This document shows, in pieces, positions 48,101 to 61,008 of a stretch of DNA of 64,000 nt. Under the pieces are notes generated by a model. It saw only the letters and a list, made by a program, of their open reading frames with translations. It did no database searches and was not told the DNA's origin. This DNA is from Rhynchopus sp. YZ270_cl-10 (taxonomy: Eukaryota), in the NCBI GenBank assembly GCA_964035575.1, contig OZ037847.1:992001-1056000 (forward strand), read 5' to 3'. Within the stretch, counting starts at the first letter, position 1; each line of letters starts with the position of its first letter. Made by a program: the position numbers and the translations under genes.

Positions 48101-51100
48101 GGTGCGAGCCCGCACCGGCGCTGGCCCTCTGATGAATGGGTGCACATTACTGCGAATTGGGGGCGTTCTCGGGGGTCGTGGGTACTGGAGAAGGGGGACC
48201 ACCACGAGCACATGGTGGACTGTGGCGACACTCCGCCTGCAGCGCTGGAGGGTTGGCTCGACACCTTTGAGGTGATGTCGCATGCGGCAGAGGACCTTAA
48301 GACAACGTTCCCATACCACGATGTACGCCTGCGCAGCAGACAGGCGTCCACAGCCGACGCTCGGGGCTGGCTCGCAGCACAGCGCCAGGAGGACTGGACT
48401 GTTGCCTTCTTTATCTCCCCAGACAAACGACCGTCCCTCGCCCTCCGCGGCATGACCACCGTACAATGCCCGCTCTCCACGCCACAGCTCCTTCTTGACA
48501 CGTGGACACACATCGCTGCGACTGTCTCCACCACTGAAGTGATTTGGTACTACAACGGCACTGCAGTGTGCACAGCTGCTGTAGACACCCGCAATGCTCT
48601 GACCCAGGTGAAGGGTGCGGCGCGTTGGTTTATGGGGGGGAGTTTGTGGGGTGGGGTTTTTGATGGGAACCTTGGTTCGTTGTTTCTGTTTGAGAGGGTG
48701 GTGTCGCGAGCGAAGCTGCACAAGCTGATGAAGGGGGAGGCTGACCCGCGTGCACCGTGCGCATTGCAGTCAGTATTCCCACTGCGCGCAGACGACCCGG
48801 TTGATACACTCGGCTTCAGGCGGCTGTCCACAAACAGCGACACAACAGACGACAGCGAACCTCTCATCTTCGACCCACGCGACGACACCACCCTCAACAT
48901 ACCCAACGGTTGGGACGGGCTCGCCTCGTCCCCAGCTGCAACAATCTCACTATGGGTAAAACCCTTTCCACAGCACCCTCACATTGGTCAGTTGTCCGTT
49001 TTCCTTGGATCCTCGATTGCCGCTGATTCAAAATGGGCAGAGGGCCCTGGCATCTCACACGAAACAATGTTCAGCAAACGGTCACGAACTGTGTTTCATT
49101 TTAGCTTTGAGGACGACATTACGCAGAGTGCAGGGCACCGTCCAAACAGCGTTCACCAAATGCACAACGCAGTTCCCGCGATGGGGGTACACGGGGGTGC
49201 ATTGCGCATCAGAGACGACGGCTATGCCAAGGGGCTTGCGCATAGTGCAGGTGGAAGCCAGGCTTCGGGGATTACCATTGCGTTTTGGGCGTATCATAGA
49301 CGGACGGAGACTGCACAGCGCCACGTCTCTTCACGCGAACGGACAGCGCTTTATGAGGTTGCTCGCGAGAACTCTGGTGTGCACGCCAGATCGCTCATCG
49401 CCTTTCAATCGTCGCAGCACGTTTATTATGGCTTTGGCACACCAGAAGGGGTGCAGGGGGCAGAAGAGTCACAACAAGTTTCTTTTGACAGATGGCACCA
49501 CGTTGCTGTGACTGTGCTGGGCAATGGGAGTGCGGAGGTCTTTGTCGATGGCGGCACTGTGTGGAGTGGTGTTGCAAACGCAAGCGCTGCACCGTGGGTG
49601 TGGGACGAGAGCGCCACTATCGCGGGGCGCTACCAACAGGAGTACCGACTGGATAGGTTCAGCAACTGCGGCTCCCCTGAGGTTGCGTTTGTACACCCGA
49701 TGCGGGATGGGTCAAACTCCACCTTCTTGGTCGGTTCCATCGAACAGTGCAAACTCCGATGTGATGTGTACCCTGAATGCGCAGGGTTTGTGTACATCCA
49801 CGACGGCGACGCAGCACCACCGCTACGATGCTACTTCCGCACCTCAACTGCCACATCATTTGCATCTGCCCATCGCGACTGCTACACCAAACCAATCACC
49901 GCCCCACACCTAGACGTGACCCTCGACGAACTGACTGTCTTTGACCACGCGCTCGATCATGATCGCATCGCAAAATTATCCACAAACGATGCCATACCAA
50001 ACACCTGTCCCGACACCATCCCGCTCTCCTCTGTCATGTTGGACCTCCCCTTTGAGGAGCAAGGCGGTCTATTTGCATCTCCCCGTACCGGTGGTACTAC
50101 CGCTGCGGTAGACGGCGGTGTTCTGCGCAGTGGGCATGTGGAGTTCGTAGGACGTTCCTCGCTGTCGCTTCTGAGGGGTTGCAAGGTGTTGACACCGGAG
50201 CTAAGTTTTGGTGGTGGAGAGAATTTGACGGATTTGATTTATGCACCATTGGAGGGTGTGCCTGGTAGGCAGTACTCTCTGCGGGTTCGTGTGAGCAATG
50301 AGGGGAGTGAGGATCGGTTCATGGGGTTGACGGGTGCGGGTGTAGGGATGTGGGCAGGGGTTCGCATTCCGCCGTCGCAGAATGAGTGGTTCGGTAGCGT
50401 CGATGCGGCACCACTGCGCAACGCCAGCGAGACGCACAGCCCGACCCGCATCGTCTTCGAAGCTGGCGGCTTCTGGGATGGCAACGTCACTGTGCACGAA
50501 ATACAGATGTGCGCCACCCCCGTCGCAGATCCCGTCTGCACAGAATGGGGATGCACCTGTCTAGGTGCGTCGTCTCTCTTTGGGATGGGCCCAGGTGAGG
50601 CGGACCGAGGCTGTGCCGACCCTGCTGTAACGGCGTGGTGGGTGGCGCATGCCTGCACGACATTTCCTTCCGAGACACATGATGCGTGTCGTCGTCCGCG
50701 ACAGGCCTGGTCTGTGTCCTTCTGGATCAAACCGGTGCAGTCTGCGGAGGGGTTCGATGTGTCGCAGAACTGCTCATTAGCGCATGAAGTGCTACGCACT
50801 GCGGCGCACCTAACGTACGGAGTCTGGCGGGTGTTCCTTTGCGACGTCGGAAACGGCAGGTTGGTGGTCCGCTCTGCCATGCATGGTGGCGTTGTGACGG
50901 AATGGGCGGATCAAGATCGCCCCGAGGCTGCGTACCTGCGGACAAAGGTCTGGACACACCTCAGCCTTGTCATTGATGGCAACGAACGGCGTCTCTACCG
51001 CGACGGTGCGTTGGTGCACACAACACGCATTTCAAATGAAGTCCTCAGGTGGCACTCCAGTGTGCAGTTCTTCTTCTCAGAGGCGAACAACGCTGTTCTC

Positions 51101-54100
51101 CACGTGGACGACCTTGTTGTGCTGCAAGGTGCCTTCTGCCATGCCACCTACAGAAGACTCAGAACGGTAGGAGCATACGGCACGGTCCTGCAACAAGCTC
51201 CCTGTGCGCTGGGTGCAAGCAGCATGGAAGAGGCGCCCTCTGCAGTGTGGGCGTATCTTCGTTTTAATGACGCCTGGTTGTCCCACGCAGGTGCCGCTGT
51301 GTATGACTCTTCAGGGAACGGTCGTGTGTTTTCGTCATCAGCAGGGTGCGTCACGCACGCAGGGGAGAGCTGCCAAGGTGCGCTACAGGAGCACCCAGGA
51401 GGCAGCGCACTGCGCATAGGTGCGAGAGGGATCCGCCCAACAGAGCTGCCTCCAGGAGGTGACATATCGGTGGCGTTCTGGACAAACGTAGCAGACAGCC
51501 TTGACACGAGGTCCGTTCGGATATTCAACACAGGGTCGACAACGCTGCAGAAGCTGCTGTTGTATACGTCGGGGGATAAGGTGTGTGGGTGGTGTTTTGA
51601 AGTTACGAGGATGAGGATGTGATACGGATTGTTTACAGTGCAAAGCCCCTTTTTGCTTGGAATTGAGGAGGGTGGGAAATTAACTACACTTTTATATACC
51701 TAGTACTTCGAGTGAAGAAGTAGCATTCATAACTACACTAATGCAACGTAGTTTAATAGTCCCAACATTTCCACACACACAGGTGCTGGTTGCGCTGCAC
51801 ATCTGCACCAACAGCAACAACACGGCGTCGATTGTCTCGCAAACAGAAGAGGAGTCTTCCATAGAGGTTGGCGCCTGGCATCATATTGTATGCACACAGG
51901 GTGGGGCTTTTTGGGGGTTTGTATACTTATCAATGTCGCTCTGTTTTTTACATCTGGTGTCGGGTGGGTATTTGTGCCTGCATCTGTTGTGGTGACTGCA
52001 CCACAGCTGCTATTTTTACTGTATCCCAACGTTTACATACAACACCCTCTACACCATCCCACAGGTGGTAGTCATGCAAGCTGCTTCTGCAGCTCTGTAT
52101 GTTGATGGCCAGCCGGTTCATGTTGAAGCCTTTGAAAGCCTCTCGTGTGCGAGGGGCATGCCTGTGATGGTGTGGGAGGACGACGCTGAGTGGCTGTACG
52201 CAGACGACACCAGGGATGGTGTGTACGTAGACGACCTTGCTGTGTGGTCACACGCACTCACGTTCGAGCGCGTGGCACAGTTCCACCGGCAGAGCGTTGG
52301 AACAGCAGGCCTCGTGCCTGACATATGGCAGCACGTTGTGTGGAGCCTGTCAGGGTCCCAGCAGACGTGGTTCGTGAACGGTGAGATCCGTCGGCAATGC
52401 TACGGCACTCCGGTGCATGGTGCTGGGGATTTATTGGTGGGAAAGCATGCGGGTGGGGTCGGCTTTTACGGGCAGATGAAGGACCTGCAGATCCGTTCCG
52501 ATAGTGAGGAGATCGTGGGCCCGCTACATTTACATGTGAAGGCGGTGAAGACAAAGCCTGCATACACCACACGCCTGGCCGCTGAATCGCGCCTCGTCCG
52601 CCGTGGCACACCGCCGCCTCTCACAAACGAACGGGCCGGGGAGGACATCACTGTCACATGGCCCGCAGAGCCCTCCTTTGTACACGACCATTCCTATGCT
52701 CATGTCTCGGAGTGCACAGGGTGCAGTGCCGACTGCGATAACGCATGTCATACCTCGCACTACACATTCGATGTTGTGGCAGGTGTGTCTGTGGCAGATG
52801 TTTCGGGGAATGCACGTCACGTGCTTCTTGAGAGTCTTGACTTTGATTCGAATGGGGTGCATGGGACTGGATGTGTGAAGGTGTGTGTCCTCCCCTCTTT
52901 TATTAGAAAATATAATGCTGTAGTTGCAGTGTACATTGTCTAAGTTCCTGTCTGTTGGTTATTTTTGCGTAATTTGGGGGGTTTTTTTATACACCGTAAC
53001 ATCTCCTGAAGAGCTGGTGAAGGTCCCCGTTTGTCAGCCCACCTGCAATAGTCTGTCTTGTAGGGGCTTCTTTGCAATGTGGACAAAGCTGCTCCCTGTG
53101 ATGGCGAACGGTGGAGGTATATCGCCGGCTCGTTAGTGTCTTTTTTGGAATATTGTGCAACCCATTTGCGCAAAGCGTACTCCTTATTTGCTCTTTTAGG
53201 GATCCTGTGAAGAAAAATTGTAGTTGCTATCATGTGATTGTCTAAAGTCAAACAAAACCAATTTATACACCACGTCTGTGCAGTGGCAACACCTACCCAA
53301 TCAAACAGGACAGTAACGGTGGCGCATTGGTCATCGCCTCGTCTGCTGTTGCGTCGCTGCAAGGCGCCTCCTGGGCACAGCAGATCCATCACTCACCAAA
53401 GTGGTCCTTCGCTGCCTGGATCCGTCCTCTGAGCAAGGTATGTCAACAGTTCTTTCTTGATTGACAGCGAGATATATCACTTTAAATCTGTTTTTGAGAC
53501 TACACGGGAGGCTTAGGTTTTGGGCATCTTATCCACCCCTCCCTCTTTAAACCTTAGTTGATGTTGTGTGATAGCAATTGTAACCAAGGGACCACTTCTA
53601 CGTCCATCTTACATTTCTTTCCCCGTTTTAAAACACCTGCCTCCACAGAGGCGTTTTACATGTTCAACTTCGCCTTTTATTTAGATTCAGATGTAAATCA
53701 CGAAATGGATGTAGGACTGCATGATTGGTGGTACAGCCGGTCATGTACCAAGGTGCACTGTCACGAGAGGGCTTTGTATTTCAAGTCAACTTTATTTTAT
53801 GTATTTTATGGACATCAATTCCACCAAACACTTTCTGCACCTCCCACAGCAACGAGGCGCCATTCTTGTCATCGAGTCGCCAAAGGCGTCCCACAACACC
53901 ACAGCTGTCGTATGGAAGGAAGAGAACAGGGTGTGCGCAGCTGTCGGGCAGATGCTGTGTTGTTCTGGCGCACTGTTGGGGATGGGTGCGTGGCATCACG
54001 TTGCTGTAGCTGTTTCATTGGTAGAGGGGCGGGTTGGGGTTTACGTGGATGGGAGGGAGGTGGAGAAGTGTGTTGGGGAGACAGGGGTGCGGGCGGTTCC

Positions 54101-56075
54101 AGATGGATCATCTGTGTCCCTCTTCCGTGGTCTACGTGGCACGGTGCACGGGAGAACAGCGATGCCGTCCTTTGAAGGGCGTGTTGACGAGCTCTACTTC
54201 AGTACTTCAGAATTCCCTGCAAAGAAGGTCAGTGCGCTCCACACCGACGCATGCGTCAACTGCCTCCCCTGCGAGTCTGTCGACATCTCCAACATCTTCA
54301 CCACCCTCCACGAAACCTCCCCCTTCCTCCTCTCCCGGCACGACAGCAATGGCAACACCATTCCCCGCACACCCCTGGGCAACACACCGTTCTACATCAA
54401 ACCCAAGCCAGCACGGCAGGCTGTGTTTGCGTGCACCATTGCAAAGGCACCGAAGGGCGACATTCTGGTCAGTCTGATGATTCGCGAGGGTGAGGTGTCG
54501 TTGGGGGCGCCTTTCTCTGGGAGGTCTGGGTGTCGGGTTGTGTGCAATGCAGACCGGGGCACTGCGACGGCAAAGGACTGTGGGCGTGGGTGGAACAGCC
54601 TTGCTTCGACAAGCATGAGCTATGTAGGTGGGGGTTGGTACCAATGCACTGGACGTGTTCTCGCCTCCGCCACCCCCGACACACTGCGTGGCGGGCTTGT
54701 TGCCAGCACAGCGGCAATCATCAGTGGCTTCTACTACCGCCCTGCCGAGGCCTGTGGAGACGGTGTGGTGGACTACCCAGCAGAGCTTTGCGACAGTGGT
54801 CTTGTAGGCGTCTCCAACTGCCTGGCCCCTCTGTGCACACCACGCTCCAACCCAGTCTTCACAAGCGTGACCCCGACGTTCCGTGTAGAGACCATAGGTG
54901 CCTATCTGGATGTCAAGATCGCCCCGGCTGCCCCGCTCAAGGTGTTTATCTCGCGTCAACAGAACTGCAGCGACACCACCGAGCATGACATGGTGCTTGT
55001 GGAGGAAGGTGTGGCAGTGTTTCGCACTACCGACACCGCCTTCAGTGTTGGGGTGGAGGGTGTGTTCGCAGGGCATGAGATGTTCCTGTGTGGCCCGCTC
55101 TATGCCAACAGCGATGTGGAGACGTATCGGCCGCTTGCCTCGTGGAAGGCGGTGCGGTGTGTTGCGATGTGCAAGCAGGGCTCTGTTTGCAATGTGCTGA
55201 CGGGGGCGTGTGTGTGCCAGCTTGGCTTCACGGGGCCTGACTGCAGTGTTCTTGTTGACGGCTGTGCAGTGGCGCCTGATGAGGCTCAGTGCAAGCACCC
55301 CTCAAGCATGCTCCCCATGGCGCTCTCGACGCACGCAGACAAGATGGTGCTGCACATCGACCCCTGCACGCAGTCGCGCTGCGAGCAGAACGGCGGTGCC
55401 TGCCACCTCCCCGGGGTATGCGTCTGTCCACAAGGCTTCTCCCCACCGCACTGCGACGGCTGCCTCCCAGGCAGGACAGGGCCTCTCTGCAACGTCTTCG
55501 AATGCTCGTCCCTCTGCCTCCACGGCGACTGCAAAACAGTCTACAGCTTCGGTGGCGCTGCCGCAGAGCTCTGCCTCTGCTCAGAAGGTTGGACAGGTGT
55601 GTCCTGTGATAGGCCCAGTGTCATGCTAGCCGGCACAGGGGAGGAGACGCAAAACAGTACTACAGGTGTGTATGTGACGTCCGACGGACGTATGGGCATT
55701 GCGAACGAGCCAGTCACCATTGCCGTTGCTCTGCCAGATGAAAACGAGTTCAGCCTCTTAGAGTTCTCCGTAAAAGGATCGCCCGGTGTGCGTGTTGGTG
55801 TGTGTGAGGTCGGAAGCGAAGGTCCCATCGGCGGACACTCGCAAAGCTGGGGTGTGGAGCTGGGCAGCGCTGCTGTGGCGTGGCACAGTGGGGTCCAGCG
55901 GGGTTTGGGCGTGTTCAACGCGACCCAGGTTAGTGTGCGTCTTTCACGAGACACATCCGTTTTGTCTGCTACGTTCTATGAACACTCGCTGCATGTTTTC
56001 CAACATGTGTGTTCGACTCGTCTCTGTTACGGTTGTGTGTACCTGCCTTCGGGTGCACAGTTTACTTTGCTGTGA
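42119..56075 (+). CDS. Giant (~4245 aa) secreted/surface protein: many LamG/ConA-like domains, NHL-like repeats, PAN/apple, EGF-like repeats and a possible C-terminal SPRY-like domain; exons 42119-51580, 51783-51887, 52065-52880, 53309-53437, 53850-56075
   Basis: Signal peptide; repeated WTHIAAT/WHHVAV...YVDG LamG motifs; CKLRCDVYPECAGFVY (PAN); CVCQLGFTGPDC (EGF). Four phase-0 GT-AG introns join in frame. Confidence 0.82.
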
Positions 56076-56271
56076 AGCTTCGTTTTTTTCTTGCTTTTGC
56101 TGCTTTTGGTTTCTTTTTGAGTAGTTCTTCGCGAGGAGGCGAGGACACAGTCAGACACACATGCCCACATGTTTTCTAGGAACTGATGCCACACCCCAAT
56201 TACCACCCACCCACCACCCACCAGCTTCTTTTACACCACACACACACACACACACACATATATCTAGTATA

Positions 56272-58241
56272 ATGATGCGCCAGGCAATGCTCCGCCAGAT
56301 GCTGCAGGTGCGCAGATGCTCTATTGCGGCAAAGGACACCACAACACTCAACTCCTTCTCGCAGGAGAACGCTGCGGAGAAGAGTAAGGACGGCAAGGAC
56401 AAGGACGTCAGCGGACGCGTTGTGGTATGCCTTATGCCTTATGCTTTCCGTTGTACGTGCCCAGTTCACATGCCCAGCCGGGGGATATTTTATTTAGAAA
56501 AAGGATAGGATTCACTCACTCAGCTCGGCTGGCGCCACCCCCGCCAGGACACGAGGTTTTTTGGCTTCTTTACGTGATATGATACCCTTCCCGTTCTGGA
56601 TGGGCAATGCTTATGTACCAGCACACGACCTCCCTCGCGGTAGCCGATGTGCATACCAATAAAGTCTCTGGGGTTTGATAACCCAGCGGAGAAGCAGTGC
56701 CCTGCGTCCGCCGATGAATGGTGACGCGTTTTGCACTTTCAAACTGCTCTTATATTTGAAGCTTCCCTGCACTGCGATTGCACAAAATAGCACGTCACAC
56801 AATGGTCTTACAAGTTTTCAGGGTGACTGAGCACTGTGCGGCTTAGGATCATCTCAAACTCTTTCTTGACTGTTTACTGACCCCTTCCCACACTGCCCCC
56901 TTTGCCCTTTGTTCCTTTTCCCACTCCACAAACACCAACAGCAACTCCTGGGCGTGGCCAGTGCAGGTGTCCTTGCGTGGTGGATTTGGCAAATCTCGAG
57001 CCATACCTCTGGAGAGCTCAAGCTCCGTCGTGATGCCAAGGAGCGTGTGGCGTCGGGCTACAAGTCGACTGACCCCTTCGCCATCCGTGCTGCGCTTGCA
57101 CACCACCTCAGGTTTATCAAGCCCGACGAAGCCTCGGAGATTGCTGAGTTCGGCATGCACGTATCGCTGTACGGCCTCACACCCGAGCTGCGCAAGCACC
57201 CTCAGTTCACCCTTCTTCAAAACATGAAGGTATGTAGAGAGAAGTTGCATGTTGCGGGATTGAGAGTAAAGACTCTGCATGATATGAAACAGATTATCAA
57301 AGTATTACACACGCATTTTTTTGTGGTGATTAAGCTCGAGAGGCTTAGGTTCATTTTTTCCTCTTTTTTTTTGAGTACCGGTATTTTTTTCCAGAGGCTT
57401 TGAAAGGTGTTTTTTGGTTAGTAGTTCGCACTTCAGAAGAAAAAATATAGTACGTTGGAAGCGTGCAATGCATATAACTGTCGAGATCTCATCAAGCAGA
57501 ACGATTTTTTTCTGTACTTTTTTTGTTTCATACACATTCTGTAATCCTCCACTCCCATCGTCTGGCACAAAACCTTCTGTGTTTGAATACTCTGGGCCTT
57601 CCATCAAAACACATTGCAACCCCACCCTATCCCAGGACGACCACGACGCTATGAGCTGGGCAGACCTTGCATCGTACATGGCATACCACGCCCTCTTGGA
57701 GATGGGTGGGCCTATGGTACACATGGAGCCCAAGTTTGGGCGCACGCAGATCGAGGCAACGAAGCGCGAGGGTACATTGCTTCCGTTCCCTTCTGCCGAC
57801 GCGTCGTACGATGACCTGAAGGCGTTTGGCGACCAGTTTGAGCTGTCGCTGCCGGAGCTGATCTCTGTCGTGGGCGGGCACAGCGAGGGGAGCGTGCTGT
57901 TCACGCGTGGTGTGAAGCGTGGTGCGCTGGACACCTCAATCTACAAGAAGTTCATTGGCGCAAGGCAGGAGGGTAGAGACGGCTCGGATACACCCTTCTA
58001 CCACCTCCTAGCGGCGACAGACTACACCAAAGACTGCGCAGACGTCTTCGCACGCGACCACCTGTACTGGAACATGTACTTCTCCCAAGCCCTCGAGAAA
58101 GTTTTGACCCACGGTTGGACCGGCCTCCGCCAGCTCCCCGACCGTTTCGAAAAATCGCACAACGACTCCAGCTGGTGTGCGCGCCAAAAAGACATCTACG
58201 GAGTTGAGACATCGTACGTCGGAGCCAGCTACCGTAAGTAA
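56272..58241 (+). CDS. Mitochondrial membrane-anchored class I heme peroxidase-like protein (APX/CCP fold), degenerate active site; exons 56272-56424, 56942-57229, 57636-58241
   Basis: Transit peptide and TM helix. MSWADLASYMAYHALLEMGGP...FGR and LISVVGGHSEG match APX/CCP motifs. Both introns are phase 0. Confidence 0.8.
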
Positions 58242-61008
58242 GGTGACGTAGGGGAAGAGGGTGCTCTCGTACAGAGTCTGTACTATTACCACCACGTTTT
58301 TTTTTTGTTTTTTTGGGAGGAAAATATGGGGAATAAAGAAAACAAATTTGTTTGTATTTGTGATGTCCTCTGAACGTTGTCCTGCAGAATCTTGCGGCCC
58401 TTTTGCCCATCGTTCGCGGAAACAGGAGGACTTGAATGTGACTGGACTTAGGAATCCAAAAAAAAAGGCCCGCACCTAACTGATGTTTTGCGGGTGGGTA
58501 TTGAAGCGTTATGGGGTGTTTTTCCTTTAGATGGATGTGTGTGCCCCTGTGAGGCCCACTTCATCTATTTTTTTCCCCTCGTTCTTTAGCTGTTCTTTCC
58601 AGAATGATGTGATGTTCTCGGATCGTTGCGTTCTTAGTTAGAATGTGCACGAGACTCATTTTATTTCTCAAAGCTTTTCTTTACGTACTACTGTATGTGT
58701 CGGACTTGACAAGGGTACTACAGTGTACAGCAGTATCGTCCTCCCAACACCTTCCCAACCATAGTGGAGCTTTTATGTGGCAACTCCACAATTCCCACAA
58801 TTTTAACAAAAAAAAAAAGTGTAGAGCCTCTGAAAGTGGAGATTGCACAACTGTGACAACACAACTGAGGTAACTACACTCCAACAATTTATCAAAAAAA
58901 AAAAAACCCCAACAACAAATGTGTGTGTAGAGGATCCGATTACCCTCCTTAGGTGACTGAGCAGAAGCTTCGGTTCATCTTACGATTTTATCTCTCTCTC
59001 TCTCTCTCTTTTTTTTGTGGTCGTCACCCGAACCCTGCAGCTGTCTCGCAACAGTCCTTGCAGGTTGTTGGGCATTTGAGTCGACACAGCACAAAAAAAA
59101 AAAAATCCCATCCCCACCCTGTCTCGTGCTCTGTATTCTTATGGAATAAGGTATGTCGTTCTGTGGCATTCCAGTAGGTTTTTTTTTAAAGGTGGCCAAG
59201 CACGAGAGGCTTAGGATCATCTTTTTAACTTTTCTCTTTGCATAGCGGGGAGGGTGATGATGTTCATAAAAAATACAAAAGAGTAGAGAACTTCTTATTT
59301 TGTTATGCAAAGCGAAGTGCACTATTGTGTCAACTACACTGTATTTCAATATTTCATTTTTTCTCAAAAAAAAAAAAATGTCTGTGTTCTCGCTTCTGCT
59401 CGCATTTAAGGTTTGTTCTTGACAACTTCGGTGCGATATATGGATTATAGGGTGGTATAATATAATGCTGCCCTTCAGGAGAACATCACGCGAGAAATAG
59501 CAGCGTTTTTCTTTCTTTTGTCATGCTAATGAACGTCATCCCCCCCCTTTTTTCCCCCACTGGAACAGAGCTTTGTGGTCAGAGTTATTTTCCCCTTTTG
59601 GTCCCCCCTTATTTTCTCATGGTAACGCCAATCTCAGACTGGAGGGATTATTTTTTTTCAATACCGTGTTGCACATAGCCTTTCAATGGAAACGCAAAAT
59701 TTACCTGATTCCGCACAATGGGTAACAAAATGTAAAATACACGTCGCACAAAAAAAAATTTTTTAGCTGCACCGTTCTCCCCTCCACGTATCGTATTTTT
59801 TTTCTTTGAAATGACTAAGCACAGAGAGGCTTAGATTCATATTACAAACCTTTCTTTGGTGTTCCCATTTTTTTTTCTTTTTGTTGCCATTTTTTTTTCC
59901 CCTCTTTTTGTCAGCAGTTATCCGCTCTCCCCAAGACTCTCTCCACACCCCCCCCTCTCCAGACCCACCCACCCGCAGCAACTGTTTTTTTTTTAATATT
60001 AAAACGGTGACTAAGCATATCAAGGCTTACGCTCATCTTACAAACTTTTCTCTTTTTCCGTTTTTTCCGTTTTTTTTTTCTCTCTGTTTTCCCGTGATTT
60101 TTTGTTTTTTTTTAGAGATGCCGTACTTCACAGTTCAAGCTCGGTCCTTTAAAACAGACTCAGATTTTGTCTGGTTTTTTTGTATATTTGGACGAGAGCT
60201 GAACGCTTAAAAAGGACTATCTCCGTGGTGTATTCACTAGAACTTCTAGTGGTTTCTGCACCTACCCTATCTTCACCACTTCCCCCTGTTTACGTTTTGT
60301 CTGTATGGATATTGCCTTGTCGTCGAGCTCTCTATGTGTACCACCTCACAGAGCTTGCGGCAAAAAATAGCGATATCCAATATCGAAGGATTTTTTTTAA
60401 AGGTGAGCTCAGTATGTCATCATCTGAGCATTTTTTCTGAAAAAATTCTAAAAAAAAAAATGGATCTGCGAAGAAGCGAAGGCAATGAACGTGGAAATAT
60501 AGGCGGGCAGATGCGAGCAATTTGCACACAATATTTTATGTTGTTTATGATATTCGTCATTTTGGCCACTTTCCCATTCAAACCGAAAACGCACACACCC
60601 CTTTCCCTACTCCCTGATTTTAAACTTTGCATTGATTCTTAGATGTGTGTGCACGAGAGGCACATTCATCTTTCAAATTTTCTTTTTTTTTTTATCCCCT
60701 TTGTCCACAGGCACACCCGCCTTCCAATATTTTGTTTTGTTTGTTTTTTTTCTTTTTGAGGACAGAGTCAGAACAGACATGCACTTTTCTGGAGCAGCGG
60801 TGGAAGAGGAAGGGGGGGGCCCGATATGTGGGGAGGGAAAATGCTGGGTTGGGGGAGTGGTGCTGACTGAGCAATATTCCAAAAAAAAAAATCCTCCGAA
60901 TACCACCCCCTGTTTTACTTCACCTTCGCCCAATACCCCACCTACCCCTTTCTGCGACGCTAATGGGGCTCTTATAAACCCCACTCTCTTTACATCCACA
61001 GAACAACA

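Noticed and set aside
51900..51906. Donor at CAGG|GTGGGG or a non-canonical intron in the giant gene
   Set aside because: It gives a frameshift; the canonical GTATGC donor at 51888 restores the LamG motif WHHI|VVV. No non-canonical introns were needed in any gene model.
42085..55954. Numerous minus-strand ORFs up to 363 aa
   Set aside because: Shadows of GC-rich + strand coding sequence with no recognisable motifs.
59815..59836. ACAGAGA loop as a U6 snRNA gene
   Set aside because: Flanks do not match U6; it is a loop variant of the class A hairpin.
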